Shown in pieces: positions 40,374 through 51,076 of a DNA stretch of 64,000 nucleotides. The stretch spans positions 1,248,001-1,312,000 of the forward strand of contig OY970176.1 in NCBI GenBank assembly GCA_963707955.1. The letters run 5' to 3'. Made by a program: the position numbers and the translations under genes. The notes beneath the pieces are model-generated. The model was not told the DNA's origin and made no database searches. It worked only from the letters and a program-made list of their open reading frames with translations. Each line of letters opens with the position of its first letter. Within the stretch, counting starts at the first letter, position 1. This DNA is from Candidatus Bathyarchaeota archaeon. GTDB taxonomy: Archaea > Thermoproteota > Bathyarchaeia > Bathyarchaeales > Bathycorpusculaceae.

Positions 40374-41921
40374 TTGACGGACATCGTTTTGGTTTTTGAG
40401 GTTCATCAGCCTCACAGGATAAAGAAGGGCTTCTTCTGGGGCAACATGGATTTCAAACGCGTGAAGAAGGAGGAACTCTTCGAGTACTACTTCGACAAGG
40501 AGGAGAACAGGGAGATCTTCGACAGAGCAGGCAAGAAATGCTATTTCCCTTCCAACAGCATCCTGCTTGAACTGGTCGACAGGTACAAGAACGAGAGAAA
40601 AAAGGTTAAAGTGTCCTTCAGCCTCAGCGGAATCTTCTTAGAACAGTGCGAGATGTTCAACAAAGACCTGCTCGAAACGTTCAAACAGCTCGCACAAACA
40701 GGACACGTCGAATTTCTCAGCCAAACCTATTATCACTCGCTTGCAAGCCTGTACCCGGAAAGAGAAGAATTCATCGAACAGGTAAAGATGCACCAGCAGA
40801 CAATGCGAGACCTGCTCGACTACACTCCACACGTTTTCGAAAACACAGAACTGCTCTACAACAACGCCGTAGCCCGAACTGTGGAAAAGCTTGGATACAA
40901 AGGAATCTTCACCGAAGGCGTCGAACGGATACTGAAGGGAAAGTCGCCGAACTACCTCTACTCGCCGAAGGACTCCAAGAAACTCAAGGTTTTCCTGAGA
41001 AACTACAAACTGACAGACGACATCGGCTTCAGGTTTTCAGCAAGATGGTGGAACGAGTGGCCGCTGACCGCGGACAAATACGCGAGTTGGCTGGCAGCTA
41101 CACCGGGAAACTGCATCAACATCTTCCCAGACTACGAAACCTTCGGAGAACACCACTGGCCAGAAACAGGCATCCACGAATTCCTCAGACACTTGCCAAG
41201 CGAAATCGTGAAGTGGTGGAACCTCCACATGTCCACGCCTTCAGAAGTGGTGGAAAAGTACGCTTCTGCAGGGGAAATCGACGTCCCAGAACTCGGCGGA
41301 ACCGTTTCCTGGGCAGACCTAGAAAGGGACGCAAGCTGCTGGCTCGGCAACGCCATGCAGTGGGCATACTACACGAGCTTAAGACGATTAGAACCACTCG
41401 TCAAAGAGGCGGAGGACAAGGAGTTCTTAAAAACCTGGAGATACTTCCAAACAAGCGACCACCTTTATTACATGTTCACAGCCGGAGGAGGCCCCGGTGA
41501 AGTTCACTCCTACTTCAGCCCTTTCGCCACGCCGGCAGACGCTTTCGTCACCTTGCAAGCCGCGATACTGGACTTTGAAAACAGAATAAGACTCGCAACC
41601 GTCGTGGCAGATGAACCGTTCCTCTTCTACACAGGCACCGGCGAGAAATACTTCACGGGAACAACGGTCTGGAGCTTAAAAGGGTTCACAAAAGCCATCC
41701 AGCAGGTCAGCGTGAAATCAGTTGAATTTCACAACAAACGCGGAGACTTTGCAAACTGGGCTGAAAAATCACTCCAAGACCAAGTGCTGGCAAAGGAATT
41801 CAACGAAATAAAGCTTGCCAAAACGGAAGGAGAACAGCTTAGAAACGGAATAGCCAAAGCCTCGAAAAAGAGGCTGAACGATTTGAGGGCCGAAATACAG
41901 TCAGCGACAAGATACTTCTGA
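40374..41921 (+). CDS. GH57 alpha-amylase-like glycoside hydrolase with a C-terminal DUF5752-like domain
   Basis: FEVHQP, TYYHSL, FENTEL, DYETFGEH, QTSDHLYYM; C-terminal SVEFH...DFANW. Confidence 0.92.
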   Translation: MTDIVLVFEVHQPHRIKKGFFWGNMDFKRVKKEELFEYYFDKEENREIFDRAGKKCYFPSNSILLELVDRYKNERKKVKVSFSLSGIFLEQCEMFNKDLLETFKQLAQTGHVEFLSQTYYHSLASLYPEREEFIEQVKMHQQTMRDLLDYTPHVFENTELLYNNAVARTVEKLGYKGIFTEGVERILKGKSPNYLYSPKDSKKLKVFLRNYKLTDDIGFRFSARWWNEWPLTADKYASWLAATPGNCINIFPDYETFGEHHWPETGIHEFLRHLPSEIVKWWNLHMSTPSEVVEKYASAGEIDVPELGGTVSWADLERDASCWLGNAMQWAYYTSLRRLEPLVKEAEDKEFLKTWRYFQTSDHLYYMFTAGGGPGEVHSYFSPFATPADAFVTLQAAILDFENRIRLATVVADEPFLFYTGTGEKYFTGTTVWSLKGFTKAIQQVSVKSVEFHNKRGDFANWAEKSLQDQVLAKEFNEIKLAKTEGEQLRNGIAKASKKRLNDLRAEIQSATRYF

Positions 41922-41992
41922 CTCGTGCGCACGGTTGGGTTTATAAGAAAAACTCGAAGAATACTGATCATAGTCTAACACAAGGTGGAAAC

Positions 41993-42244
41993 ATGCGAGA
42001 AGAGCTTCCGCTTTCGGAAAAGATCCTGCAAACGCTGCACAACCTCTGCGCGACCGCGCCTGATTTAGCGAGAAGAAGTGAGGAGCTGGCGCAAGTCTTG
42101 CAGATCGACATCAACGAGCTGGAGAGAATTCTCGACGGCTACAAGGCTGAAGGTTTTGCGCAGAGCTTCACGGACAATGAGGGAAAAAAGCGCTACTACT
42201 TGACTGGAAGCGGAATAATAAAAGTGTGCGCGCTTTTCACGTAG
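41993..42244 (+). CDS. Small winged-helix protein
   Basis: SEELAQVLQID...KRYYLTGSG. Confidence 0.7.
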   Translation: MREELPLSEKILQTLHNLCATAPDLARRSEELAQVLQIDINELERILDGYKAEGFAQSFTDNEGKKRYYLTGSGIIKVCALFT

Positions 42245-42253
42245 GAAAGGCGA

Positions 42254-42877
42254 ATGCGCGAAATAATCTTTTCATGGGAATACCCCCCTAGAATTGTTGG
42301 TCAGCTAGCAGCCTACGTGAAATCGCTTGCTGTGCAACTCGTCACGAGTCACACGGAGCCCTACGTGGTCACTTATGACGATTACTTGACAGGCGAGTAT
42401 GATGAACCTGAAGGCGTCAAAACATTCAGGGTGACCAACCCAGTTCGCACACACATCGGCGTCCTCACGTGGGTTTTAACTCTGAACCAAGAGGTTGAAA
42501 GAGTGGCCGCCGACATTTACTACGACAAGAATAGACAGGTAGACCTCATAGACGTCCATGACTGGCACTTCATACCCGCCGCGGTCACGTTGAAGAAAGC
42601 GCTGAACATCCCGTTTGTCTACTCAGTTGAAAGCCTAGAGGACCATCGCTCACACGGTTCCAACTCGCCCTTCACCATGGCCATCAAAAGCATCGAATGG
42701 CTCGGCATGCACGAAGCCTCTACGCTGGTCGTGAAGTCCGAATGGATGCGGGACGAAGCCCTCAGACTTTACAGAGCGCCCATAGAAAAGATGAACGTGA
42801 TTCCACCAGAGTCCACAGGCTGGATGAAGGGCATCCTGGCAGTTTACAAGAACACCGCAGAGGCTGGAGCATCTTAA
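42254..42877 (+). CDS. Stand-alone GT4 glycosyltransferase N-terminal domain protein
   Basis: SWEYPPRIVG and DVHDWH; paralogous to the N-terminal half of the next gene. Confidence 0.82.
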   Translation: MREIIFSWEYPPRIVGQLAAYVKSLAVQLVTSHTEPYVVTYDDYLTGEYDEPEGVKTFRVTNPVRTHIGVLTWVLTLNQEVERVAADIYYDKNRQVDLIDVHDWHFIPAAVTLKKALNIPFVYSVESLEDHRSHGSNSPFTMAIKSIEWLGMHEASTLVVKSEWMRDEALRLYRAPIEKMNVIPPESTGWMKGILAVYKNTAEAGAS

Positions 42878-44094
42878 TGGACCACGACTTAACCGTCATG
42901 ATGCTCACCTGGGAGTTCCCGCCGAGAATCATCGGAGGAATATCATCACACGTCTACTACCTGTCAAAAAGCCTAGCGAGAAACGGCGCCAAGGTCTACG
43001 TGGTTACCTGCGATTTTCCCGGCGCCCCACAGCACGAAGTGTTGGACGGCGTGGAAGTCTTTCGAATAGACTCATACAAGAACCCTTCACCCGACTTTGC
43101 AACGTGGGTCTACTTGATGAACATGAACATGCAGAAAGAAGCCGCTGCACTCGCCAAGAGCTTAAAGGCCAAGGTGGACCTCTTTCACGCTCACGACTGG
43201 CTCGTTGCAACCGCAGGGATCGGCCTAAAACACGTTTTCAGACGGCCACTCTTTGGCACCATGCACTCTACTGAAATCGGGCGCAAAAACGGAATTCACG
43301 CCGACTACGAAAGGATGATCCATGAGACAGAAGCCTGGCTCACCTACGAAGCATGGAAGGTCATATGCTGCAGCGACTACATGATCTCACACGTGCGATG
43401 GGCTTTCGGGTTGCCCCCAGACAAGATGATGATGATTCCGAACGGTGTCAACGCTGACGTCTACGCTGCAATCAAGAAAAACGAGTTAAGCCAGTTCAGA
43501 AGCAGGTTCGCTTTGCCCGAAGAAAAAATCGTGCTCTTCGTCGGCAGAATGGTCTACGAAAAAGGAGTTCACGTGCTGGTTAACGCAGCTCCGAAGGTGC
43601 TGGAAAAAGTCAACGCAAAGATCATAATCGTCGGCAACGGGTACATGAAAGAGCAACTTTCGGGAATAGTAAAAGGCATGGGAATAGCCCACAAAGTCTT
43701 GTTCACAGGGTTCGTCGACGATGAAACGCTGCGAGGGTTGCAAACGTGCGCGGACGTTTCCGTTGTACCGTCTCTTTTTGAACCCTTCGGAATAGTTGCA
43801 CTCGAGGCCATGGCTGCAAAAAGCCCCGTTGTAGTCTCCGACGCGGGCGGCTTGGCAGAAATAGTTGACCACGACGTGGACGGCGTCAAGGTCTACCCAG
43901 GCAACCCTGACTCGCTGGCCTGGGGAATAACCAAAGTTTTGACAGACCAAACGTACGCGAATCATCTGAGAAACAACGCGTACAAGAAGATCCAGGAAAA
44001 GTACAACTGGGACAGAATAGCTCAACAAACCATGCGTGCCTACAAATCCGTCTTGGGCGAGTATTCAAAGAGCTTCTGGGCTCAAAAGAGTTGA
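42877..44094 (+). CDS. GT4 glycosyltransferase (glycogen/alpha-glucan synthase-like)
   Basis: TWEFPPRIIGG, HAHDWL, FVGRMVYEKG, PSLFEPFGIVALEAMA; TAATG-coupled start at 42877. Confidence 0.92.
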   Translation: MDHDLTVMMLTWEFPPRIIGGISSHVYYLSKSLARNGAKVYVVTCDFPGAPQHEVLDGVEVFRIDSYKNPSPDFATWVYLMNMNMQKEAAALAKSLKAKVDLFHAHDWLVATAGIGLKHVFRRPLFGTMHSTEIGRKNGIHADYERMIHETEAWLTYEAWKVICCSDYMISHVRWAFGLPPDKMMMIPNGVNADVYAAIKKNELSQFRSRFALPEEKIVLFVGRMVYEKGVHVLVNAAPKVLEKVNAKIIIVGNGYMKEQLSGIVKGMGIAHKVLFTGFVDDETLRGLQTCADVSVVPSLFEPFGIVALEAMAAKSPVVVSDAGGLAEIVDHDVDGVKVYPGNPDSLAWGITKVLTDQTYANHLRNNAYKKIQEKYNWDRIAQQTMRAYKSVLGEYSKSFWAQKS

Positions 44095-44117
44095 CCAGGC
44101 AGAGTTTTGTTGAGAAG

Positions 44118-45086
44118 TCACGGGTACGTCAGTTTGATGGCCTTGTGTTCGCACGCGTCGGCGCATTTCATGCAGTAGATGCATTCTGGGTGGCTGAACT
44201 TCTCCCATGGCAGCTCCAGTATCGGAACACGGGTTGGACACACCTGCACGCACTCTCGGCAACCGCCCTTCTCGCACTTGAAGGGTTCTCGACGCAGACC
44301 GATGAAACTGAACCTGTTCGTTATAGCCAAGAAGGCCCCAGTTGGACAGAAGTACCTGCACCAGCTTCGCGGAACGTAAACCGCAAAAATAAGAACACCA
44401 ATCATAATCGCAAATTGAACCCAGAAGAGCGGAGGCAGAATCGAGAGCCCGTTCAGAAAGTCTGAGCCCACGGTTTGAAGACCTGAAAAGTGAAAACTCT
44501 GGATCGTTTTCGGCACGGTTGAAAACAGAGTGTCTGAAGGGCTCAAGGCGGTGAACGGAGTTCGCGAAAAGACACCGAATGCACTTTGATAAGCCAGACT
44601 TACGCCCGCCGTGCTCATTGCTGAAAAAGTGATGGGAATCAGCAACGCAATGGCCAGAACGAAGTATTTTACGTAAACCATGCTGTCATGCGTTCTAGAC
44701 GACAGATCAGCATGCTTCCGACGAATGAAGCCTGTCAGGTCCTGAACAAAACCGAAAGGGCACACCCAGCCACACAGCGACCTTCCAATCAGCACGCCGA
44801 CTATCAGAAATGAAGCCAGTGCGATCCATGGAAAAACAGCGTAAGTAAGGCCCCATCCACTGAACATAAGCTGTATGGCCGTGAAAGCGTCGCCCACAGT
44901 GCTCCCTTTTCCCGCTATTAGCCCCCCTGTCCACAGCACTGGAAGCACTAGTGGAAGCACACCTAGGTTGAAGATTATCGTGCTGAAGAACAGGAACGAT
45001 AACACCTGGACCACTCTGCGAGGCGTGTTGTACTCCAGTAGCTTTGCCTTGACTGCTTGGGTCTTCAATCGTCGCGCCTTCTCCAT
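44118..45086 (-). CDS. Membrane 4Fe-4S binding protein (NapH/MauN-like)
   Basis: GRSLCGWVCPFG, WCRYFCPTGA and two CxxCxxxCP-type motifs. Confidence 0.9.
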   Translation of the reverse strand: MEKARRLKTQAVKAKLLEYNTPRRVVQVLSFLFFSTIIFNLGVLPLVLPVLWTGGLIAGKGSTVGDAFTAIQLMFSGWGLTYAVFPWIALASFLIVGVLIGRSLCGWVCPFGFVQDLTGFIRRKHADLSSRTHDSMVYVKYFVLAIALLIPITFSAMSTAGVSLAYQSAFGVFSRTPFTALSPSDTLFSTVPKTIQSFHFSGLQTVGSDFLNGLSILPPLFWVQFAIMIGVLIFAVYVPRSWCRYFCPTGAFLAITNRFSFIGLRREPFKCEKGGCRECVQVCPTRVPILELPWEKFSHPECIYCMKCADACEHKAIKLTYP

Positions 45087-45709
45087 GCTCTAAACAAGGT
45101 CCGAGTTATTTGTTTTCCGATGACTTTAAGGTTTTCTGCAAAACGATACTGTTAAGTCTTTTAACCTAATCGACCTGACCAAAAGATGGTCTTAGCCCAT
45201 GACAACTAGCAGAATAATGGCAATTAAGAAGAAGAAGACAGTTGCATCGTATATCCATTTCTTGGCGAAACGCGCTAAGCAAAGCGCAGACGTTACAAGC
45301 GTTAACATGAAAAACAAATGCGCAGCAACAATCAGATAGCACCAAATCACCTGTCATCGCGTACGAATAGACGGATAAAAATCGAGACATACTGGAGAAC
45401 CATAAATACAAACAACATGACGAGCGAAACCACCAGAATCCACGCAACATTTCTTTCAGACATTTCCAAGGAGCCACCCTCATCTGTTGACTGTCTCCAT
45501 GCGCATAAAAAACCGTCTGCCTAGGACTCGGCAGCGCGCACGGCGCCGCAAGCTGTTACACAACACCGTACGCCTCGCAAACTGAAACACCATTCAGGAA
45601 AAGGATCGTTCAAAACTAAGAGAAGTTCCTAATTGTCTTAACCTGTCCACGAATGAAAAACGGATTCAGCACTTGTAAAGAAAAGTGACGATGTGAAACA
45701 GAAATGCCA

Positions 45710-46048
45710 CTATGCTTCCTTCAAAAGCTTCGTCATCTCACTGACGAAGCATGCTCCGTTTCTAAGTTTCTCCACATGTGGCTTCTGGACCACACCGTAA
45801 GTCGACCAGACGTCCTCAAGAATCTTTCTTTCGATGACGTAGGCGCCGGATTTCAAAAAGTCTTCAAGACCTTCGGCGAAGAGCTCGAACTTCTCACTCA
45901 CCTCATCGCGCCTGACCGAGTACTTGCGCTCTAAGTGCTTATAGATCAGATGAGTGGCCTCCTTCCCAAATATCTGAGTCAGGACTCTTTCGATGATTTT
46001 TGAGACCTTGTCGTCCTTTGCGTCTGTTTGTTGCGTTATGGCCTGCAT
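45710..46048 (-). CDS. Small archaeal helical protein (DUF3227-like)
   Basis: VLTQIFGKEATHLIYKHL...FAEGLEDFLKSGAYVIERKIL. Confidence 0.65.
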   Translation of the reverse strand: MQAITQQTDAKDDKVSKIIERVLTQIFGKEATHLIYKHLERKYSVRRDEVSEKFELFAEGLEDFLKSGAYVIERKILEDVWSTYGVVQKPHVEKLRNGACFVSEMTKLLKEA

Positions 46049-46140
46049 TTGGGTTACCCGCGATATCTGGTCTCTTGCGACTAAATAAGGCTTGCCGTAG
46101 ACTTGTACGACAGATGTACAGAGAAAGCACGAACAGGAGG

Positions 46141-47430
46141 CTACAAAGTGAAGTCTGTAAGGTTCAACTGTTGAACTCTTCTCCGAACAACCTGCCTCGT
46201 CTGAGACTCGTTCGAGAATATCAGTTGCCCGTAGACGCCGTCGTAGCCCGGCACAACCTTAGCCTTTCCCTCTCGAACCCTGACCACCGCATCGGCAACT
46301 TCCACGCCGGCGACCACGCTCAGTTCTTCCTTCGAAGCGTCGATCAGAACTGCGTACTCATCGCCGAACTTTTCAACGAGCGGGTTGTAGACGTTCCAAA
46401 CCTTCTGCGCATAGGGCGAATCTGTTCTCAGTACTGTTGCGATGATCTCCGAGAGCGGAAGCAGACGCATGAAACCAATCGCGCCGTCAGGCTGAAAACC
46501 CTCCGGCCGGTCAGCGAGTTCCTCGACTCTCTGCTCAACGCCCTTCGTGAGTTGTCTACGGCAGACTGGACAAACGTTCGCAAACTTTATAGCTTCCCGC
46601 GCCGAGAGCGCCACGTGGCAGTTTCTGTGTCCTGTCCAATGGTATTTTCCGTAGGCTGGATCTGTTTCGATCGTAAACTTGAAGTGCCGCTTGTCCTTCA
46701 ACCGAATAGCTTCGGTTACTCCGCTGTAGCTCGGCTTTTCCAGTTCAAAAACGTTGGCTTCTCTGCCAATCCGCCATGGCCAAAAGCTGTGGCTGTCACT
46801 GTTTGAGACCAGCGTGAACCTGTCGAGCCTGCTCAGACGCCAGTTCATAGGCGGATCTGATGAAAGACCGGTTTCCAAAGCGTGAATATGCCTACTCATA
46901 TCTTGATAGCATTCTTCAACGCTGTCGAAACCGCTGAAGGCCCCGAAGATGCTGAACCAAGGTGTCCAAGCGTGGGCCGGAAAGACCATGTTGTCACTTG
47001 AAACTTCCATTACTTCTTCAACCAAGGTTGCTGGATCAACGTTCAAGGTTGGTCTGCCATCTGTCCGCAGGTTTCCCCACTTTGACAGTCTATCGTTTAC
47101 TTGGGCGGCGGTTTGCAAGTTCGGAGTTAGGATGACGTGGTGAACCTTTTTTGTCTCGTTCTTGCGCGTGAAGACCGTGCTGACCTCGGTTGTCATCATG
47201 AAACGAATCGGTGACTCTGTGTTGTTTGCAAGTTTGTACAGGCTTGTTTCCGGCTCTGGAACGAGATTTTGATTCAGTTCTTCAAACCATTTTGGGTGCG
47301 TGAAGTCTCCAGTGCCGACGATGTTCAAGCCTTTGACCTTGGCGAAACGAGCTATCTCCTCGACGCAAATTCTTTCGCTGGTCGCGCGACTGTAACGACT
47401 GTGAATGTGTAGGTCAGCTATCACCCTCAA
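46141..47430 (-). CDS. endoQ: Endonuclease Q family (PHP domain plus zinc finger) DNA repair endonuclease
   Basis: ADLHIHSRYS, GTGDFTHP, PAHAWTPW, ETGLSSD, SNSDSHS, GKYHWTGHRNC, CPVC, PGYDGVYG. Confidence 0.9.
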   Translation of the reverse strand: MRVIADLHIHSRYSRATSERICVEEIARFAKVKGLNIVGTGDFTHPKWFEELNQNLVPEPETSLYKLANNTESPIRFMMTTEVSTVFTRKNETKKVHHVILTPNLQTAAQVNDRLSKWGNLRTDGRPTLNVDPATLVEEVMEVSSDNMVFPAHAWTPWFSIFGAFSGFDSVEECYQDMSRHIHALETGLSSDPPMNWRLSRLDRFTLVSNSDSHSFWPWRIGREANVFELEKPSYSGVTEAIRLKDKRHFKFTIETDPAYGKYHWTGHRNCHVALSAREAIKFANVCPVCRRQLTKGVEQRVEELADRPEGFQPDGAIGFMRLLPLSEIIATVLRTDSPYAQKVWNVYNPLVEKFGDEYAVLIDASKEELSVVAGVEVADAVVRVREGKAKVVPGYDGVYGQLIFSNESQTRQVVRRRVQQLNLTDFTL

Positions 47431-47700
47431 CCTGTTCACCCGACCTGACTTTTCTTCTAAGTACCTTCTCTGCGATCTTTTCAACGTCGACTTTCAGCGC
47501 GCACTAATGCCGAGCAAAGCTTCAACAGACCACAGGTTTGAACCCTTCGAAGCCTCTGTTAGTAGCTGAAATTAATAAAGCAACCGCAAACCCTCTTTCT
47601 GGTCTCGTCTGAAGGACGCAAGTATAGCCGCCCGTTGAGCATCACGTTTAAATCAAGGCACGTACTACCAAAATCTACAAGTCTTTTGAGAGGTTCACAG

Positions 47701-48231
47701 TTGACGCCTAAAAGAGAACCTATCTGGATAGCAAGAGAACTGTCCAGGTGCAGCGGGTGCAGGAAATGTGAGATTGCGTGCTCACTTTTCCATGAGAACT
47801 GTGTTTGGCCTGAGGCATCTATGATCAGGGTCTTCATGCTGGTTCCTGGGCTGGAGTTTCCGCATTTCTGCGCGCAGTGTGAGGATTATCCCTGTGTAGA
47901 ATCGTGTCCGGTTGACGCTCTCTCGGTGAGTAAGAAGACCGGTGCAGTTCTGGTGGACAATGAGAAGTGCACTGCTTGTGGGCAGTGTATTGATGCTTGC
48001 CCGGGAAGGATTCCGCACATGCATCCGAGGGAGAAGCATATCGTTATCTGTGACCTGTGCGACGGCGACCCGCAGTGCGTGAAGGTCTGTCGGGAAGGAA
48101 GCTGGAACGTGCTGAGGACTGTTTCCAGGCGGGATGAAACTGCTTACAGGCTTTATGCGCGGAAACCGGCGGAAGTGACGCGAGATTTGGCGGCCAAGAT
48201 CTACGGTGAGAAGGGGGATGAATACCTTTGA
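47701..48231 (+). CDS. 4Fe-4S dicluster protein (AOR electron-transfer subunit)
   Basis: Four Cys clusters (CSGCRKCEIAC, CAQCEDYPCVESCP, CTACGQCIDACP, CDLCDGDPQCVKVC); start approximate. Confidence 0.9.
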   Translation: MTPKREPIWIARELSRCSGCRKCEIACSLFHENCVWPEASMIRVFMLVPGLEFPHFCAQCEDYPCVESCPVDALSVSKKTGAVLVDNEKCTACGQCIDACPGRIPHMHPREKHIVICDLCDGDPQCVKVCREGSWNVLRTVSRRDETAYRLYARKPAEVTRDLAAKIYGEKGDEYL

Positions 48232-50102
48232 TTCTGGGGTACGCTGGTAAGTTTCTTGACGTGGACCTTTCAACGCAGACCATCAAGGAAACAAGGTTCA
48301 GCGACGAGATTTTGCGAGATTATGTTGGTGGCAGAGGGTTAGCCTCGAAGATCCTGTGGGACAGGCTGGGCGACAGATGGGAAAAGGTGGACCCTTTAGG
48401 ACCCGATAATCTATTGTTACTCTTGACTGGGCCGCTGACCGGGTATTTTCCTGGAGGCAGAACGTGTGTGTCTGGTAAGTCTCCGCAGAGCAACGGGGTT
48501 ATTGGCTCGACGCTTTCAGGGGAGTTTGGGGTTGAGTTGAGGTGTGCAGGTTTTGACGGCGTGATCGTCAGCGGTGAATCAGCGAAGCCGGTTTACCTGT
48601 TCATTAAGGATTCAGACGTTGAGCTTCGAGACGCTAGCCGCGTTTGGGGTAAGGATGGAAAGCAGACGGTCACCGTGCTTACTAAGGAAGGTAGGCAGCT
48701 TCTGAATGAGCGTTATCCCCGGTTTGGCGAGTGGAAGGAGCCTGCGATGCTGTATGTTGGTCCAGCCGGCGAGAACAAAGTGCGAACCGCTGTTGTGATG
48801 ACGAAGTGGTCGCACGCTGCGGGTTATGGCGGTTACGGAGCGGTTATGGGTTCCAAGAAGCTTAAGGCAGTCGTCGTCAGGGGGACGGGTCCGCTGCCGG
48901 AAGTCGCTGACATCGGCAGAGTGAAGAGGCTGATCAGGAGCTTGTGCAACAATGTGTACGAGGGGGAGATGTGGAGGCGCTGGGGAACCGGGGGCGGGGG
49001 CTACTATTTCGGTGCGAAGACGAGTTCCGAGCCGGTGCGCAACTGGCAGGAGGAATGGCATGATGAGAAGGGCTACGGCGTTGACAAGTTTGAGAACCGC
49101 TTCTGGGTGAAGCAGTACTGGGGCGACTTCGGCTGTCCGACGACTTGCCTGAAGCTCGCCGTGGTGAAGAATGGAAAGTACAAAGGAGCGATAACCGACA
49201 ACCCTGACTATGAGATGCAGGCCTACTTGGGACCGAACTTGGGCATCTTCGTGCCTGAGGAGAACGTGTTTCTCTCGTCGCTCGTTGACGACTTGGGCCT
49301 CTGCGGCATTCAGACGGGCAACGTAATGGGCTTTGCGGCTGAGTTGTATCAGAGAGGAATACTGACGAAAGAGAACTTGGAAGGTTTGGAGCTCAAGTGG
49401 GGCAATACTGAAGCCTTCGCGGCTCTGGTCAAGAAAATCGCTTTCCGAACGGGCATAGGTAACGTGCTGGCCGAAGGAACATACCGCGCGGCGTTGAAGC
49501 TCGGGAAGATGAAGAAGAAGAACCTGTTGCCCTACGCTGTGCAGTCAAAGGGCGTAAGCATCGGCGCACACGGAATCCGCAGTGGTAAGGACTTCCCTGA
49601 AATCATCTCCTACGCATGCGGAGTCCAATGCGGAGATCACACGTCGCTGACGGGACTGCCGCTGGAGAGGAACAGCGAGCTGATGGAGACTTTCAACGAT
49701 TCAGGAGTTTTCTGCAGCTTCAACAGCTTCGCAGGATCGACGAAAGTCCGTTTCGACTTCTACTCTGCGGTTACAGGTGTAAAACTGACGAGAAAAGAGT
49801 GGTGCAGGAACAAAGCTTTGAAGACGCTGCAGCTTCAGAGGACGCTGCTGCTGCTAGGCGGGCCTGACGCGACGTGGAACCCGAGGGTCGATGATGACAA
49901 CCCGCCGAGGTTCTACGAGCCCTTACCAGCCGGACCCGAGAAGGGGAAGACAGCAGACAGGGTTGCAGTCGAAGAGTACAAGCAAAGATATTACAGGGCA
50001 GTCGGCTGGGACGAGAACGGCATACCCACATCGGAGATTCTCGCAAAACTAGGCCTGAAAGATGTTAACAAAGCGTTGCAAAACGTGCGACAAAGGAGTT
50101 AA
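48228..50102 (+). CDS. aor: Tungsten aldehyde:ferredoxin oxidoreductase family protein
   Basis: GYAGKFLDVDLS, YVGGRGLA, GPAGEN, GAVMGSKKLKAV, PDYE, YYRAVGWDENGIPT. Confidence 0.92.
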   Translation: MILGYAGKFLDVDLSTQTIKETRFSDEILRDYVGGRGLASKILWDRLGDRWEKVDPLGPDNLLLLLTGPLTGYFPGGRTCVSGKSPQSNGVIGSTLSGEFGVELRCAGFDGVIVSGESAKPVYLFIKDSDVELRDASRVWGKDGKQTVTVLTKEGRQLLNERYPRFGEWKEPAMLYVGPAGENKVRTAVVMTKWSHAAGYGGYGAVMGSKKLKAVVVRGTGPLPEVADIGRVKRLIRSLCNNVYEGEMWRRWGTGGGGYYFGAKTSSEPVRNWQEEWHDEKGYGVDKFENRFWVKQYWGDFGCPTTCLKLAVVKNGKYKGAITDNPDYEMQAYLGPNLGIFVPEENVFLSSLVDDLGLCGIQTGNVMGFAAELYQRGILTKENLEGLELKWGNTEAFAALVKKIAFRTGIGNVLAEGTYRAALKLGKMKKKNLLPYAVQSKGVSIGAHGIRSGKDFPEIISYACGVQCGDHTSLTGLPLERNSELMETFNDSGVFCSFNSFAGSTKVRFDFYSAVTGVKLTRKEWCRNKALKTLQLQRTLLLLGGPDATWNPRVDDDNPPRFYEPLPAGPEKGKTADRVAVEEYKQRYYRAVGWDENGIPTSEILAKLGLKDVNKALQNVRQRS

Positions 50103-50493
50103 CATACTCTGTTTCGCGCAGGTGACATACGCTACATCCCTGTATTCGCGTTTTCACCCCGTCTATTCCACCCTCCCCCTCCCCCCTAGGGTACTAGTAC
50201 TGCACGTGGGCCCTATTGAAGGCCCTGGCGGATTTGTACTGGCTTCAAGCCGAGAACGTGCCGAGGGCTTGAAAAAGAACCTAGGCAAGGATATTGACTT
50301 TTCAACGCACTACACTATCAAAGCGTCTTCTGGTTCTATCTCTCTGATCACAGTTTGCCTGAAGTGACTTTCCCTCGGCCCTAGGGTGCCAGCCCCCACT
50401 TCGGGCATTTACATGAGACCCCGCGCGCCCTCATTTTTTGGCCCGTTTTGACTAGTAACTCAAGGATGTGGGTTTGGCTGGACTGGTGATGAG

Positions 50494-50901
50494 CTACTTT
50501 CTTTCGATGAGTTCGATCAGTGTGCCGTCAGGGTCCTCTATGAACGCTATCAAGGGGCCGGTTGAGCCGAGTTTGAAGGGTTCGTCTGTGACTGTGACCT
50601 TGTTCTTTCGCATCGTGAATATTGTTTGCTTCATGTCTTTGATCTCGAAGGCAATGTGGTCGAACAGTCTGTCTTCATAGACGGGTTGGATGAACTTCTT
50701 CTGTTTCCTGTAGAAGGTCAGTTCAAGCTTTGCTCCTTTCTCATCTGGGCCCTGCAGAAAAGCGATTTCAGCGTTATTCTGCGGTATTTCGTGGCGACCC
50801 ACGAGTTTGAGCCCCAGCAGCCTGATGTAAAAGTCGATTGACCTGTCCATATCGCTCGTTCTGATGCTCGCGTGGACAAACATCATGTTCCTCACAGACA
50901 C
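50494..50901 (-). CDS. VOC family protein, lactoylglutathione lyase-like
   Basis: HASIRTSDMDRSIDFY, LELT, DHIAF, AFIEDPDGTLIELIE. Confidence 0.9.
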   Translation of the reverse strand: MSVRNMMFVHASIRTSDMDRSIDFYIRLLGLKLVGRHEIPQNNAEIAFLQGPDEKGAKLELTFYRKQKKFIQPVYEDRLFDHIAFEIKDMKQTIFTMRKNKVTVTDEPFKLGSTGPLIAFIEDPDGTLIELIERK

Positions 50902-51076
50902 TTCATTTCAGCAGCCCAGGTATATAGAAGCGACGGCGACCTTGCATGTGGCTAGCACTACGAAAGGGACTGACTTAATAGCCTACTGCTTGATATCTGT
51001 TTTCAGTGTAAACATGTCGGAACAACAAGAGTCTCGTCCAAGCTCTTTGCATAATTCAGCTAGTTCTTGGAAGTAG

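Noticed and set aside
40374-44094. GH57 plus two GT4 genes as a novel system
   Set aside because: Matches the known GH57/GT4/DUF5752 alpha-glucan gene cluster type
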